Below are positions 51,401-64,000 of a DNA stretch of 64,000 nt, in pieces. The stretch is from Octopus vulgaris. Taxonomy: Eukaryota. The stretch's first letter is position 1, and each line of letters opens with the position of its first letter. Location of the stretch: the NCBI GenBank assembly GCA_951406725.2, contig OX597842.1, positions 16,492,001 through 16,556,000 of the forward strand, written 5' to 3'. The notes beneath the pieces are model-generated. The model made no database searches. It was not told the DNA's origin and worked only from the letters and a program-made list of their open reading frames with translations. The position numbers were made by a program, and so were the translations under genes.

Positions 51401-52849
51401 CTAAGGGAAAGAGAGAGAGAGAGAGAGAGAAAGAAAAGCAATGGTGAGAGATTTAACTTTGCTTCCTGTGATTAACTCTTTTGTTACTGTATTTATTTTG
51501 AGATGTTCTGTGTTTCTTTCAATTAATTTTAAATATAACAAAGAATTTAGTAAAATAACTTAAGCTAGTGTTAGGAACATAAATTGCGACTAAGGTTTGG
51601 TGGTATACTTAAATGCAAAACTTATGAAAACAAGACATTTGTACTACAGAGCCAGAGGTGGTTTCAGCCAGGTTGGTATCAAAAGGGTTAAATATAACAA
51701 AGAATTTAGTAAAATAACTTAGTTGTCATTAAGCTAGTGTTAGGAACATAAATTGTGACTAAGGTTTGGTGGAAGATTTTAATTCAAAACTTATGAAAAC
51801 AAGACATTTGTACTACAGAGTCAGAGGTGGTTTCAGCCAGGTTGGTATCAAAAGGGTTAAATATAACAAAGAATTTAGTAAAATAACTTAGTTATCATTA
51901 AGCTGGTGTTAGGAACATAAATTGTAACTAAGGCTTGGTGGAAGATTTTAATTCAAAACTTTTGAAAACAAGACATTTGTACTCAGAGCCAGAGGCGGTT
52001 TTGGCCAGGTTGGTAATGAAAGGGTTAAAGAAGAGAGAGTGTTGTTTTGCCCTGTGAAAGTCTTCATGTAATAGGGACTTAATGACACATATATGCTTCT
52101 TTATTAGCCACACGGGGCTGAACACAGACAGGACAAATTACAAAGTAGAGCTTTTCTTTTTGGGGAGAAAAGAAAAAAAAAATGGGGTAGGTTTTCGATC
52201 AAAAGGGATCGTAAAAAGGAAAAAGAAAAAAAAGAGAGAGGCTATTCGAGTGTGATCGTTATACCTGTGCTAGTAGGGTGCCAAGAGCACCATCCGAGCG
52301 TGATCATTGTCAGAGCAGCCAACTGGATTCTGTACCCGTGGCACGTAAAAGGGCACCATTCGAGCGTAATCGTCACCAACGTCGTTTCACTGGCACCTGT
52401 AAAAGATTTGAGCGAGGTCGTTGCCAGTATCACTTGACTGGCCCTGTGCCGGTGGCACGTAAAAAGCACCCACTACACTCTTGGAGTGGTTGGCATCCAG
52501 CTGTAGAAACTCTGCCAGATCAAGACTGGAGCCTGGTGCAGCCATCTGGTTCGCCAGACCTCAGTCAAAACCATCCAACCCATGCTAGCATGGAAAGTGG
52601 ATGTTAAACGATGATGATGATGATCAATAGGAATCGTGTATCACAGAAATGTCATGATGTAAACTGTAGAGGGGGAAGCAGATAAGGTTTATCTGTGGGA
52701 AGAAAAGCCTACGGAAAAGACCACGGTAACCTCGGTCACTTTCCTTTTGAAGTGATACTTGAAGAAGTTGATGAGAGATTGACCAGAGAGGAAAGTGTTT
52801 GTCTCCAATCCTTTCAGACACGTCCACCAGATACATTCTTTCATCACTT

Positions 52850-53548
52850 ATACCAACTATTGTACTATACATTAGATAAAGTAGTCCTAGATACACTATG
52901 CCTGAATAAAAGATGGGATGGTCACAGCTGGAACGTCTTTGATCATAGGTCTGTCTAGATCAGGACTGACCTGGAGCTAAACTCCACTAACTACTACACT
53001 GTACATCAGATACTGTAGTCCTAGATACACTATGTTCAAATAAAAAGTGGGATGGTCATAACTGGACCGTCTTCAATCAGACAGTTGGGTCAGGGCTGAC
53101 CTGGGGTTTAACAGCAACAACTATAGCTACTAATACAGACTACAATACTAGACATTAGATAATGTAGTCTTAGATACACTATGCCTGAATATAAGATGGG
53201 ATGGTCACAGCTGGAACATCTTTGATCATAGGTCGACTGGATTAGGACTGGCCTGGGGCTAAGCAACAACAACAACAACCATAACCACTAATACAGACTA
53301 CAATACTATACATTAGATAATGTAGTCCTAGATACACTATGCCTGAATAAAAGATGGGATGGTCACAGCTGGAACATCTTTGATCATAGGTCGACTGGAT
53401 TAGGACTGGCCTGGGGCTAAGCAACAACAACAACAACCATAACCACTAATACAGACTACAATACTATACATTAGATAATGTAGTCCTAGATACACTATAC
53501 CTGAATAAAAGATAGGGTGGTCACAGCTGGAACATCTTTGATCATAGG
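52850..53548. repeat. ~179-bp tandem repeat, ~4 copies, in the MRPS21 intron
   Basis: tagtcctagatacactatgcctgaataaaagatgggatggtcacagctggaac recurs. Confidence 0.85.
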
Positions 53549-54980
53549 CCAGAAGGACCAGGAATAAAATGGGATTAAAAAACAATAACTATAGGTACTA
53601 GGGCCTCTTGGAGGTGAGGTGGCTGAGTTCCTTTTGAGTGTTGGGTTTCGTGGAGGCAAAGTGACCAAGCACCCACGTGTTTGGCCACACGGAGAAAATG
53701 ACCAAAATCTTTAGCATTATGTCGTGGCAGATACAGGGTGTCATGCAAATGGCACCCAAGCTGGTGGCATGTAAAAACCATTCATTACACTCTTGGAGTG
53801 GTTGGCATTAGGAAGTTCCTTCTCAAGCCATGCCTGGCTCATAAGGGCCGGTTTCCTGGTTTCCTTCAAAATCGAAATCCATCAACATCAATGGAAATTG
53901 CAGCTGTGATACCAGTGCCGGTGGTACGTAAGAGAAAAAACTGCCGTTCAAACCGAAAACATCCAAATCTTCCACTAAGCCCCGGACCAACATCTAAGTG
54001 GATTTGGTAGATGGAAACTGAAAGAAGCCCGTCTTTTATATATATCATAATCGCAGGAGTGGCTGTGTGGTAAGTAGCTTGCTTACCTACCACATGGTTC
54101 CGGGTTCAGTCCCACTGCGTGGCACCTTGGGTAAGTGTCTTCTACTACAGCCTCGGACCGACCAACGCCTTGTGAGTGGATTTGGTAGACGGAAACTGAA
54201 AGAAGCCCGTCGTTTATATATATAATCTTTATGTGTGTGCATCTGAGATCTTTCACTACCGCCGTTATTTTGTTTGCGTCTTCGTAAACTTAATGGCAAA
54301 AATGCCCAATACTATAAAAATAAGGGACCTTTTATTTTTAAAATCTGCCGGTCAAAGTGAAAAGATCCAAAATAAGCACTGGGGTCGATTTGCTCGACTA
54401 AAACCCTTCAAGGCAGTGACCCAGCCGGCCCTAGTCGAATAACCTCAGAAGAGGGCTAATGTTGAATCGCACCTCTCCTGGAAAAATGCATTTTTTAAAA
54501 ACATTTTTACGGGTTCCTACGTTTTGGATGTCGGAGATTACGAATATGCAAAAAGAAAAATTTACAAATAGATTCTTCTAGCAGAGTATATGCAAAACGA
54601 AGTTACATTTCGTCGTTTCCGAGACAGTTTTTATAATTACTGTTAAGTTATCATTCCGATTGAACAACACGTTTTGTTTTTATCAATTTTGAATTAATCA
54701 GAAGTAACATTTCGGGTTCCTACGTTTTAGATGTCGGAGATTAGGAATATGCAAACATAAATAATAATAAAAATTTACAAATAGACTTTTCGAGCAGAGT
54801 ATATACAAAAATACAAAACGAAGTTACGTTTCGTGGTTTCCGAGTCAGTTTTTATAATAACTGTTAAGTTTTCGTTACAATGGAACAACACGGTTTGTTT
54901 TTATTAATTTTGAATTAATCAGAAGTAACATTTATTTTGTTCCGTGTAAATATTCAAGCCGTGATTATTATATAACATAC

Positions 54981-55066
54981 CTGTCCAGTGTCCGGTAAGC
55001 AACATCGAGTTGGTTGTCCTTGACAAGGACGGTCCTTGCTATAAACCTCATGTGGTTGGCAGACAT
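54981..55066 (-). CDS. MRPS21: MRPS21 first coding exon: MSANHMRFIARTVLVKDNQLDVAYRTLD(R); spliced protein is 87 aa
   Basis: H.RFIARTV.V....D.AYR.L motif; donor GACAG|gtatgt in phase 2; 86+178 = 264 nt. Missed by the ORF track. Confidence 0.95.
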
Positions 55067-55074
55067 GATGGTCG

Positions 55075-56870
55075 AGAGGAAGGGAGTGAGGAGGAGGAGG
55101 AAATAAAGGTGTGATGAGGGAGTGAAAGAAAGTGAGTGAGCGAGGGGGAGAAAATTTAAAGCGAGGAGGAGAGAGGGAGAGATAGACTGACTGTGTAAGG
55201 TGGAGGAACTACAAGTGTGATGAGAGAGTGAAAGAAAGTACGTGAGGAGGAGAGAGTAAGAGATAGACTGACTGAGGGGGAGATAGTGAGAGTTATACTG
55301 ACTGAGTAAGGCGGAGGAACTACAAGTGTGATGAGTGAGTGAAATATATCGTGTGAGTGAGGGGGAGAAATTAAAAGCGAGGAGGAGAGAGTAAGAGATA
55401 GACTGACTGAGTAAAGGCGGAGGAACTACAAGTGTGATGAGAGAGTGAAGGGGAGAGAGTGAGAGATAGACTGACTAAGTAAGGCGGAGGAACTACAAGT
55501 GTGATGAGAGAGGGGGAGAAATTAAAAGCGAGGAGGAGAGAATAAGAGATAGACTGACTGAGTAAGGAGGAGGTGGGATGAGCGAGAATATTCAGTGAAC
55601 GAGGAGGAGGAATGCGAGAGGGAGTAAGAGATTGTAAGAGCGAAAGACAGAGAGAGGGATTCTGTAAATGTGGAGGAAGAGGAGAAACAGGTAAAGAGGG
55701 GGGAAAGGAGAAACAGATTAAGAATAGAGATGGGGAAGCCGGAGAAAAAGAGAGAGGGAAAGAGTAAGAAGTAGAAGAGTGGAGGGTAGAGGACTTACGA
55801 ATGTGAGTGAGGGAAAGTAAAAAGATACATAGAATATAAAGGAGTAGGAGGAAGGGAGAGACAGAAAATATAAAGGTGTAGGAGGCGCTCTCGCGTACTC
55901 GCGCATCCGCACCAGCTAGTCATGATTAGTCGATCCTTTGTGTTTTTGTGTTTTATTTACTTTGTTTAAAAAATTATTTACTCGTGTTTTTGTCTTTTAT
56001 TTATTTTCTTTAACAAAAATTATTTACTTTGTGCAAAAAAATTATTTATTTTGTGTTTTATTTACTTTGCTTGGGAGTCGTTTTAGGATCGACTAGTCAC
56101 GACTTTTTTCTTTCACTCTCTCACATTCGTAAATACTCTACCCTCCACTCTTCTTCTTCTTACTCTTTCCCTCTCTCTCTCTCTCTCTCTCTCTTTTCCT
56201 CCGGCTTCCCCATCTCTATTCTTAATCTGTTTCTCTTTTTCCCCGTCTTTACTTGTTTCTCCTCTTCCTCCACATATACAGAATCCCTCTCTCTCTCTCT
56301 CCCATTCCTCCTCCTCGTTCACTGTTCGCTAGTAGTACCGTAGGAGGAGGAGGAACTACAAGTGTGATGAGGGAGTGAAAGAAAGTGAGTGAGTGAGGGG
56401 GAGAAATTAAAAGCGAGGAGGAGAGAGGGAGAGGCGGAGGAACTACAAGTGTGATGAGGGAGTGAAAGAAAGTGAGTGAGTGAGGGGGAGAAATTAAAAA
56501 CGAGGAGGAGAGAGGGAGAGATAGACAGACTGAGAAAGGCGGAGGAACTACAAGTGTGATCAGAGAGTGAAAGAAAGCTCTTACATTCTCTTACTCCCTC
56601 TCTCCCATTCCTCCTCCTCGTTCACTGTTCGTTAGTAAAACCGTAGGAGGAGGAGGAACTATAAGTGTGATGAGGGAGTGAAAGAAAGTGAGTGAGTGAG
56701 AGGGAGAAATTAAAAGCGAGGAGGAGAGAGGGAGAGATAGACAGACTGAGAAAGGCGGAGAAACTAGTAGTGTGATGAGAGAGTGAAAGAAAACTCTTAC
56801 ATTCTCTTATTCCCTCTCTCCCATTCCTCCTCCTCGTTCACTGTTCGCTAGTAGTACCGTAGGAGGAAGG
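55075..56870. repeat. GA-rich degenerate tandem array with an internal inverted segment around a MITE remnant (~55880-56105)
   Basis: ggaggaactacaagtgtgatgag.gagtgaaagaaag recurs many times; ~56110-56325 is reverse-complementary to ~55590-55810. Confidence 0.8.
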
Positions 56871-56954
56871 GAGAGAGATAGAATTTAACAGGGAGTAGGA
56901 GGGAGAAAAATAAGGACAGCGCTAGAGATTTTTTTTTTAAAGCCCGGAGCTTAC

Positions 56955-57058
56955 TTTCACTTTAAACGTGACTTCCGCTTCCGGTTATATAAAGTAACGC
57001 GCGGCCTTTAATCCTGAACAGAAAACTGCCCTCTTTAGGGATCGAACTCGAAAACGAC
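56955..57058. promoter_or_regulatory. Candidate compact bidirectional promoter (MRPS21 / nucleoporin)
   Basis: Local CpG enrichment, tandem ETS sites acttccgcttccgg (56971-56984), ttatataaa, outward-facing donors AAA|gtaagc (minus, 56954) and GAC|gtgagt (plus, 57059). Confidence 0.55.
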
Positions 57059-57343
57059 GTGAGTATCCATCATATGTGTGTATATATATATTAGGAGATC
57101 GACAGGAAAAAGAGGGGTTGGATTTAGTAAGGGTTAATTAGCTTAATTTACGGAATTTCGATGGTGAAATCCAATTAACGTTTTTGTTAATTGTTTTCTC
57201 ACTTAATTGGTTTTTGTTTCCTCATAACTTTTAGAAATATTTGTATTTTTAAATGAAATTATTTAGAATTACTTTACAGGTGATGTAGATTAAGGTTGTA
57301 TCGGAATTTAATGTGAAAACAAAAGGCGTACATGTACATGTCT

Positions 57344-59205
57344 GGGATCTTTTCTGTTTGAACGGCAGTTTTTAACATAATTTCTCGGTAACTAAACACT
57401 TTTAAACTTCGTGTACTGGTAGAATGTGTTTATAAAACATCTTTTTCTCTTGGCTTTCTTGAGAAAATTCTATAGTTTGTAAGATATTTGTTGTTTTTCC
57501 TTCAATTTCAACCAATCAATGACGGCTATTGAGGTAAAAAAACATTCTGTGCCGTATGAATATGTCCCTTGTTTAAGAAACCGATTGGGTTTATTTACAT
57601 TTCTGAAGAAAAAAAGGTTCTTTTCGGTTTGAACGGCAGTTTTTAACATAATTTCTAGGAAACTAAAAATTTTTAAACTTCGTATACTGGTAGAATGTGT
57701 TTATAAAACATCTTTTTCTCTTGGCTTTATTGAGAAAATTCTATGGTTTGTAAGGCATACATGTACATGTCTGGGTACTTCTTGAGAACAGTGGTCCCAG
57801 TGCGCGCACTCGCATATCCGCGCAAGCTAATCACGACTAGTCGATCCTTGTTTAAAAAATTATTTACTTTGTTTAACAAAAATGGGATCTTTTCGGTTTG
57901 AATGGCAGTTTTTTAATATAATTTCCACGTAACTAAACACTTTTAAACTTCCTATACTGGTAGAATGTGTTTATAAAACATCTTTTTCTCTTGGCTTTAT
58001 TGAGAAAATTCTATAGTTTGTAAGATATTTGTTGGTTTTTTCTCTTCAATTTCTGCAATTTCAACCAATCAATGACGTCTATTGGAGGTAAAAATCATTC
58101 TTTGCCGTATGAATATGTCCCTCGTTTAAGAAACAGATGGTAAAAGTGGGTTTATTTACATTTGCGAAGAAAAAAAGATACCCTTCCCCCCCAACCCTAA
58201 CCCTATAACATTGGAATGCAATAGATCGATACTAGGGTCATAATTATGGATGACAATTTCATATGACACCGCTAGAAAAAACTGCCGTTCAAACCGAAAA
58301 GATCCTCAGAAACATTGGTTATTTTTAAATGAAATTATTTAGAATTACTTTACAGATGATGTAGATTAAGGTTGTATCGGAATTTAAGGTGAAAACAAAA
58401 GGCGTACATATACATGTCTGGGATCTTTTCGGTTTGAACGGCAATTTTTAAAAATAATTTCCACCAGGAGTGGCTGTGTGGTAAGTAGCTTGCTAACCAT
58501 CCACATGGTTCCGGGTTCAGTCCCACTGCGTGGCATCTTGGGCAAGTGTCTTCTACTATAACCTCACACCGACCAAAGCCTTGTGAATGGATTTGGTAGA
58601 CGGAAACTGAAAGAAGTCCATCGTATATATATATATGCGTGTGTGTGTCTGTGTTTGTCCCCCTAGCATTGTTTGACAACTGATGCTGGTGTGTTTATGT
58701 CCCCGTTACTTAGCGGTTCGGCAAAAGAGACCGATAGAATAAGTACTGGGCTTACAAAAGAATAAGTCCCAGGGTCGAGTTGCTCGACTAAAGGCGGTGC
58801 TCCAGCATGGCCACAGTCAAATGACTGAAACAAGTAAAAGAGAGTAACAAAAAATTTCAAACTTCGTATTCTGGTAGAATGTGTTTATAAAACATCTTTT
58901 TCTCTTGGTTTTATTGAGAAAATTCTATAGTTTGTAAGATAATTGTTGTTTTTTTTTTGCTTCAATTTCTGTAATTTCAACCAATCAGTGTCGTCCATTG
59001 AGGTAAAAACTTGTGCCGTATGAATATGTCCCTCGTTTAAGAAACAGATTGGGTTTATTTACATTTCTGAAGAAAAAAAAGATACCCTTCGCCCTAACCC
59101 TAAAAGAGATTGAAATGCAATAGATCGATACTAGGGTCATAATTATGGGTGACAATATCATATGACAACCGCTAGAAAAAATTGCCGTTCAAAGCGAAAA
59201 GATCC
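57344..59205. mobile_element. Cluster of ~420-bp MITEs (clearest 57884-58305; 58420-59205 interrupted by a SINE)
   Basis: TIRs gggatcttttcggtttgaa(c/t)ggcagtttt and aaaactgccgttcaaaccgaaaagatcc. Confidence 0.8.
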
Positions 59206-59318
59206 TCAGAAACATTGGTATTTTTAAATGAAATTATTTAGAATTACCTTTCAGGTGATGTAGATTACGGTTGTATCGGAATTTAAGGTGAAAACAAAAG
59301 GCATACATGTCCATGTGT

Positions 59319-59536
59319 GGGTACTTCTTGAGAACAGTGGTCCCGGTGCGCGCACTCGCATATCCGACTAGTCGATCCTTATTGTGTTATTTACTTTGTG
59401 TAAAAAAAATTATTTATTTTGTGTTTTATTTAATTTGCTTGCTAGTCATTGTAGGATCGACTAGTCACGACTAGCTAGTGCGGATGCGCGACTAAGCGAG
59501 TGCGCGCCCGGGACCGCTGTTCTCAAGTAGTACCCA
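59319..59536. mobile_element. MITE with GGGTACT...AGTACCC termini; remnants at ~14420-14505, 46240-46504, 55880-56105, 57773-57850
   Basis: gggtacttcttgagaacagtggtcccggtgcgcgcactcgc versus gcgagtgcgcgcccgggaccgctgttctcaagtagtaccc. Confidence 0.8.
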
Positions 59537-60144
59537 TGTCTGCCTCCACCCCCATCTGATTTTGTTTCCTCATAACTTACAGAAAAATGGATATATTTTT
59601 TAATGAAATTTTAGAAAGACTTCCGCCCTGTCCTTCCCCATTTTCTCCCAAATTTATTTATTTTCGTATTTTTTTTCCCAAGAATCCTGTTGTCTGATCG
59701 GATACGGAGGTTCCGGAAAATTGCCAAAAATCGGCATTGTGAGTTCCTCCCCTTCACCCCCAAACTTCTTCAATTTTGACATTTTCCCCCCAATACTAAC
59801 CCTAACCTTAAAACCCCAACCCTAACCGTAAGTAGAGAAATGTTTTGAAATTTTTTGTCCAAAACATAATGTCCGTATTTTTCCGTATATTTATAAAATA
59901 AAATTCTGAAAAAAGTTTTTAAACATGATGGAAATGGGGGTGGGGGTAATTTAAAACAGGCGATTTTTGCCAATTTTTTTGCAGAATCGTATTCCCTGTA
60001 CCTGAAAAAAAAAAAAATTTTAAAGGGTGCCAGCATGGAAAACGGACATTAAATGATGATGAGGATTTCTATCGTAGACCACCATACATACATGTGTTGT
60101 CTGCAGTCAGTTGTCATTTTGGCATGACTTGGAAAATTTGCTCC

Positions 60145-60790
60145 AAGTGAGCCGCTCTCCGGCTATCTATCTGCGGCTTTACATAGCTATGGTGCGACCT
60201 CACCTGGAATTTGCATCACCGGTCTGGAACCCCTATCTTGCCCAGTATATTAATCGTCTGGAAGCCGTTCAGCGACGTGTGAACAAGAGAATACCCTCCA
60301 TCAGGCATTTGCCATATTCTGAACGCCTTACTTCTCTGGGCATGGATCCATTGAAACTCCGATGTCTGGCAGCTGACTTGGCAGACACCCATAAAATTAT
60401 TAACCATCTTACAAACAATAACTCTCAGCACCTTTTCAAACTCCACCCATCTAACACCCATGGACATGTTTACAAAGTCAGAAAACAGCACAGCTCCCAT
60501 GACTTTCGGAAACATTTTTTCACGCTAAGTGTTGCTGAAGTATGGAACAAACTGCCAGCATCAGTTGTTAGTTGTCGGAGCACTGCATCCTTCAAAACTT
60601 CCATGCTTCCTGAGAGATTCACCAACACTACACCTGATTTTCTCCCCTCCATACACACACAAGCATGTATCTGACTGATACATTATTCGCTTTCCAGACA
60701 TTTGTACATTACTGCATATGCTTTATACGTACTTTTGATAAGTTGTGGTGCACCTGAGCACTGTATACAATAATTTCATTATTATTATTA
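60145..60790 (+). mobile_element. CR1-like LINE 3' fragment with (TTA)n tail
   Basis: LYIAMVRPHLEFASPVWNPY...LEAVQRR...Y.ERL..L...HGH.YK...FF...V..WNKLP. Confidence 0.85.
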
Positions 60791-61186
60791 CTAGCAGTAT
60801 CGCCTGGCGTTGCTTGGGTTTGTTTCGATCCTTTAGAATTGGAATTTTTGAAAAGTAAAAATTTTGCATTATGTAGCTTGTTATTCTCTTTAAGTGAACA
60901 TTTTTCTGGTTGAAATATACTGAAAAATGGCAACACAGCAGTAAAAAAAAATCGTAAAAAATAGGGATTTTCATAGAAAAAAAAGCACCTTTTTGATGTA
61001 AATAATTTTTGGTGTTAACATGGTTCGATTTGAATTTTTTCTGCTATGGAATGAAGAGCAAGCCTTCTTCTATCATACTCTCAATTTTGCTCAACTTACG
61101 CCACAAGGGTCTCTGAGGAGATAGTGTTAGTTGAAAGCTACCAAACCTGCCACACACAGACAACTTCAACTTTATATAGAGAGAGA
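60791..61186 (-). mobile_element. Non-autonomous Helitron-like element
   Basis: Shares the gcaacgccaggcgatactgCTAG 3' end with 15652-16151. Confidence 0.65.
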
Positions 61187-61323
61187 TTATTATTATTATT
61201 ATATACTGGTCTGTTATTCACTTGAGTTTGCCATTTCATTTTCCTTTCCACAATATCTTTAAATCTTTGAAATCCCTGATATAGTATGTAACAACATTAA
61301 AAATCCCTGTTTTCCCTTTCAGA

Positions 61324-61384
61324 ATGCTTGGCACCGGTTCAACTTTGTTTGGCAGTGGCCAGACTGCAGCAGCTCCTCCCGCAG
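61324..61384 (+). CDS. FG-repeat nucleoporin (Nup62/Nup58/Nup54-like), first coding exon: MLGTGSTLFGSGQTAAAPPA(G)
   Basis: ttttccctttcag|aATG..., donor GCAG|gttggt in phase 1; LFG motif and G/S/T/A-rich; in frame with 63508. Confidence 0.7.
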
Positions 61385-61744
61385 GTTGGTAGTATTTCAA
61401 ACTTTTATCTCATCTACTTCTCTGGACTTCTTGGATTCAACACTACCCTTTCGTCTTTCCGTTAGTCTTTTCTTTATTCTTTACAGAATTAATAAAGAGG
61501 CAAAGTGGTTGAGGGTGCACTTTGTATTCAGGTGGTTTGAGGTTCTGTCCCACTGCGTAGCACCTTGGGCAAGTATCTACTACTGCATCCTCAGGGTGGC
61601 CAAAGCCTTCTGAGTGGATTTGGTAGATGGCAACAGTGTGTGTGATGCTGGTGCCATGGAAAAAGGCACTGGTGCTGGTAGCATGTGAAAAGCATTGATG
61701 TTGATGTCACGTAAAAAAATTCTGGTGCTGTTGCTACGTAAGAA

Positions 61745-62140
61745 AGGCTGAAGACGCTCAACCTTTATTCTCTCGAAAAACGCCGCTGCCGTGGTGATCT
61801 CATTCTCGCTCACAACATCAGGAAAGTGTAACCTCTCGAAAGAGCTGTTCTTCACTCCTGCTCCAGAGCGTAGGCTGCGGGGTCACTCCAAAAAGCTCTA
61901 TCTGCGACGATTTCATCTCAATCGAAAGAGAGGGGCTTTCTCTGTCCAGGTTGCGGATCCGTGGAATAAGCTGCCGGACGAGATAGTGAAGATGCCGACG
62001 ACCGCTTGGTTCAAAGTCTCCCTTGACCAGAAATGGCCTGAACTCTTTGCATGAACATCACCCTGTACATAACTCCATGTCCCCCTACATGGCCTTGCTT
62101 TTTGCTTTTTGAGCCAAAAAATAAACTGAACTTAACTTAA
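61745..62140 (+). mobile_element. Second CR1-like LINE 3' fragment
   Basis: LRGHSKKLYLRRFHLNRKRGAFSVQVADPWNKLPDEIV. Confidence 0.75.
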
Positions 62141-63126
62141 AATGCACTGGTACTGGTGCCATTTAAAAGGCACCATTCGAGTGTGATTGTTGCCAGCGTC
62201 GCCTAACTGGCACTTGAGCCCCGTGCTAGTAGGGTGCTAAGAGCACCATCCGAGTGTGATCGTTGCCAGAGCGGCTAACTGGCTTCCATGCTGGTGGCAC
62301 ATAAAAGGCACCATTTGAGTGAGATCGTTACCAGCATCGCCTTACTGGCACCTGTGCCGGTGGCATATGTAAAAAGATTTGAGCGAGGTTGTTGCCAGTA
62401 CCACCTGACTGGCCCTCGTGCCGGCGGTACGTAAAAGCACCCACTACACTCTTGGAGTGGTTGGCGTTAGGAAGGGCATCCAGCTGTAGAAACTCTGCCG
62501 GATCAAGATTGGAACCTGGTGCAGCCATCTGGTTCGCCAGACCTCAGTCAAACCGTCCAACCCATGCTAGCATGGAAAGCGGACGTTAAATGATGATGAT
62601 TTTATAGCAAGTTAAAGCAGGTAGTTTATCCTCCCCCTCCGGGTTTTCATGTAGTTGTAAAAACTGCATTATTTATGGGATGACCCAACCATCATCATCA
62701 TCATCGTCTAACGTCCACTTTCCATGCTAGCATGGGTTGGACAATTTTGCCTGAGGGCTGGTGAACCAGACAGCCGCACCAGGCTCCAATCTTGATCGGG
62801 CAGAGTTTCTACAGCTGGATGCCCTTCCTAACGCCAACCACTCCGAGAGTGTAGTGGGTGCTTTTTATGTGCCACCAGCACGTAAAAGATACTCTTACTC
62901 TCTTTTTTTACTCTTTTACTTGTTTCAGTCATTTGACTGTGGCCATGCTGGAGCACCGCCTTTAGACGAGCAAATCAACCCCGGTACTTATTCTTGTGTA
63001 AGCCTAGTACTTATTCTATCGGTCTCTTTTGCCGAACCGCTAAGTTATGGGGACGTAAACACACCAGCATCGGTTGTCAAGCAATGCTAGGGGGACAAAC
63101 ACAGACACACAAACATATACACACAA

Positions 63127-63164
<38 letters not shown>

Positions 63165-63507
63165 GACAGGCTTCTTTCAGTTTCCATCTACCAAATCCAC
63201 TCACAAGGCATTGGTCGGCCCGGGGCTATAGCAGAAGACACTTGCCCAAGGTGCCATGCAGTGGGACTGAACCCGGAACCATTGGTTGGTTAGCAAGTGA
63301 CTTACCACACAGCCACTACGGACATTATAAAAATAAATTGGTACTGGAATCAGTCCTCTTGACTAAAAATTCTTCAAAGTGGTGGGCCAGCATGGCTGCA
63401 GTCTAATGACTGAAGCAAATACCAGATAAAGGGTCAAAATTACAGGCATTGTTTTTCTTACTCTCTCTCACGCATTCTTATATCTTTACATTTGTTTCTT
63501 CTTTCAG

Positions 63508-63636
63508 GGGCACCCACATTTGGCAGTGGGTTAACAGCAGACAATAAACCAGCTGCAGGTTTTACATTTGGGACTGCACCAGCTGGGACCGGTGCTTCAC
63601 TTCAAGGAGGGGCAGTACCCAGAGCTTTCGTATTTA
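63508..63636 (+). CDS. FG-repeat nucleoporin, second coding exon (129 nt, phase 1-1): GAPTFGSGLTADNKPAAGFTFGTAPAGTGASLQGGAVPRAFVF
   Basis: tttcttctttcag| acceptor, A|gtaagt donor; PTFG and GFTFG (FxFG-type) motifs. Gene continues beyond the window. Confidence 0.75.
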
Positions 63637-64000
63637 GTAAGTATTTATTTTATCTCTGTTAAATGCCGGTGCCATGTAAAAAGCATCCGGTCCACACTGT
63701 AAAGTGGTCGGTGTTTGGAAGGGCATCCAGTTGTAAAGACATGCCAAAACTGACCTGCCTGTGCTTGTGCCATGTCAAAAAGCACGGAGTCCACTCTATG
63801 GGGTGGTCGTTGTTTGGAAGGGCATCCAGCTGTAAAGACCATGCCAAAACTGACGTGCCTGTGCTTGTGCTATGTCAAAAAGCACGGAGTCCACTCTATG
63901 GGGTGGTTGTTGTTAGGAAGGGCATCCAGCTGTAAGAGCCCTGCCAAAAGAGACACAGATGTCTGGTGCAGTTTTCTGCTTGACCAAACCATCCAACCCA

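Noticed and set aside
61324-63636. Assigning the symbol NUP62
   Set aside because: Only the low-complexity FG N-terminus is visible; Nup62, Nup58, Nup54 and other FG proteins cannot be told apart without downstream exons.

Overview
AT-rich, repeat-dense eukaryotic genomic DNA. The SINE/LINE repertoire and microsatellite load look cephalopod (Octopus-like); this is recognition by eye, not a search result. Most ORF-track entries are spurious repeat ORFs. Genes were assembled by hand from splice sites. (1) A small duplicated family of unrecognised type-I membrane proteins with a non-canonical Ig-like domain. On the minus strand (37562 to 18264) there are two 49-nt leader exons, four 39-nt micro-exons, two 249-nt Ig-like exons and only one TM/cytoplasmic exon, all joined in phase 1. 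An inverted paralogue on the plus strand (537-4902) has an in-frame collapsed Ig exon. The coding exons are much more diverged than the introns next to them, which suggests diversifying selection. (2) A complete two-coding-exon MRPS21 gene (minus, 55066-51223). (3) The first coding exons of an FG-repeat nucleoporin (plus, 61324 onward), head-to-head with MRPS21 across a ~100-bp ETS-containing candidate promoter. The rest is a 5'-truncated RTE LINE with a PHD finger inside its ORF, many RTE 3' ends, tRNA-SINEs, CR1-like and Dong/R4 fragments, Helitrons, MITEs, minisatellites and minimal hammerhead ribozyme motifs.
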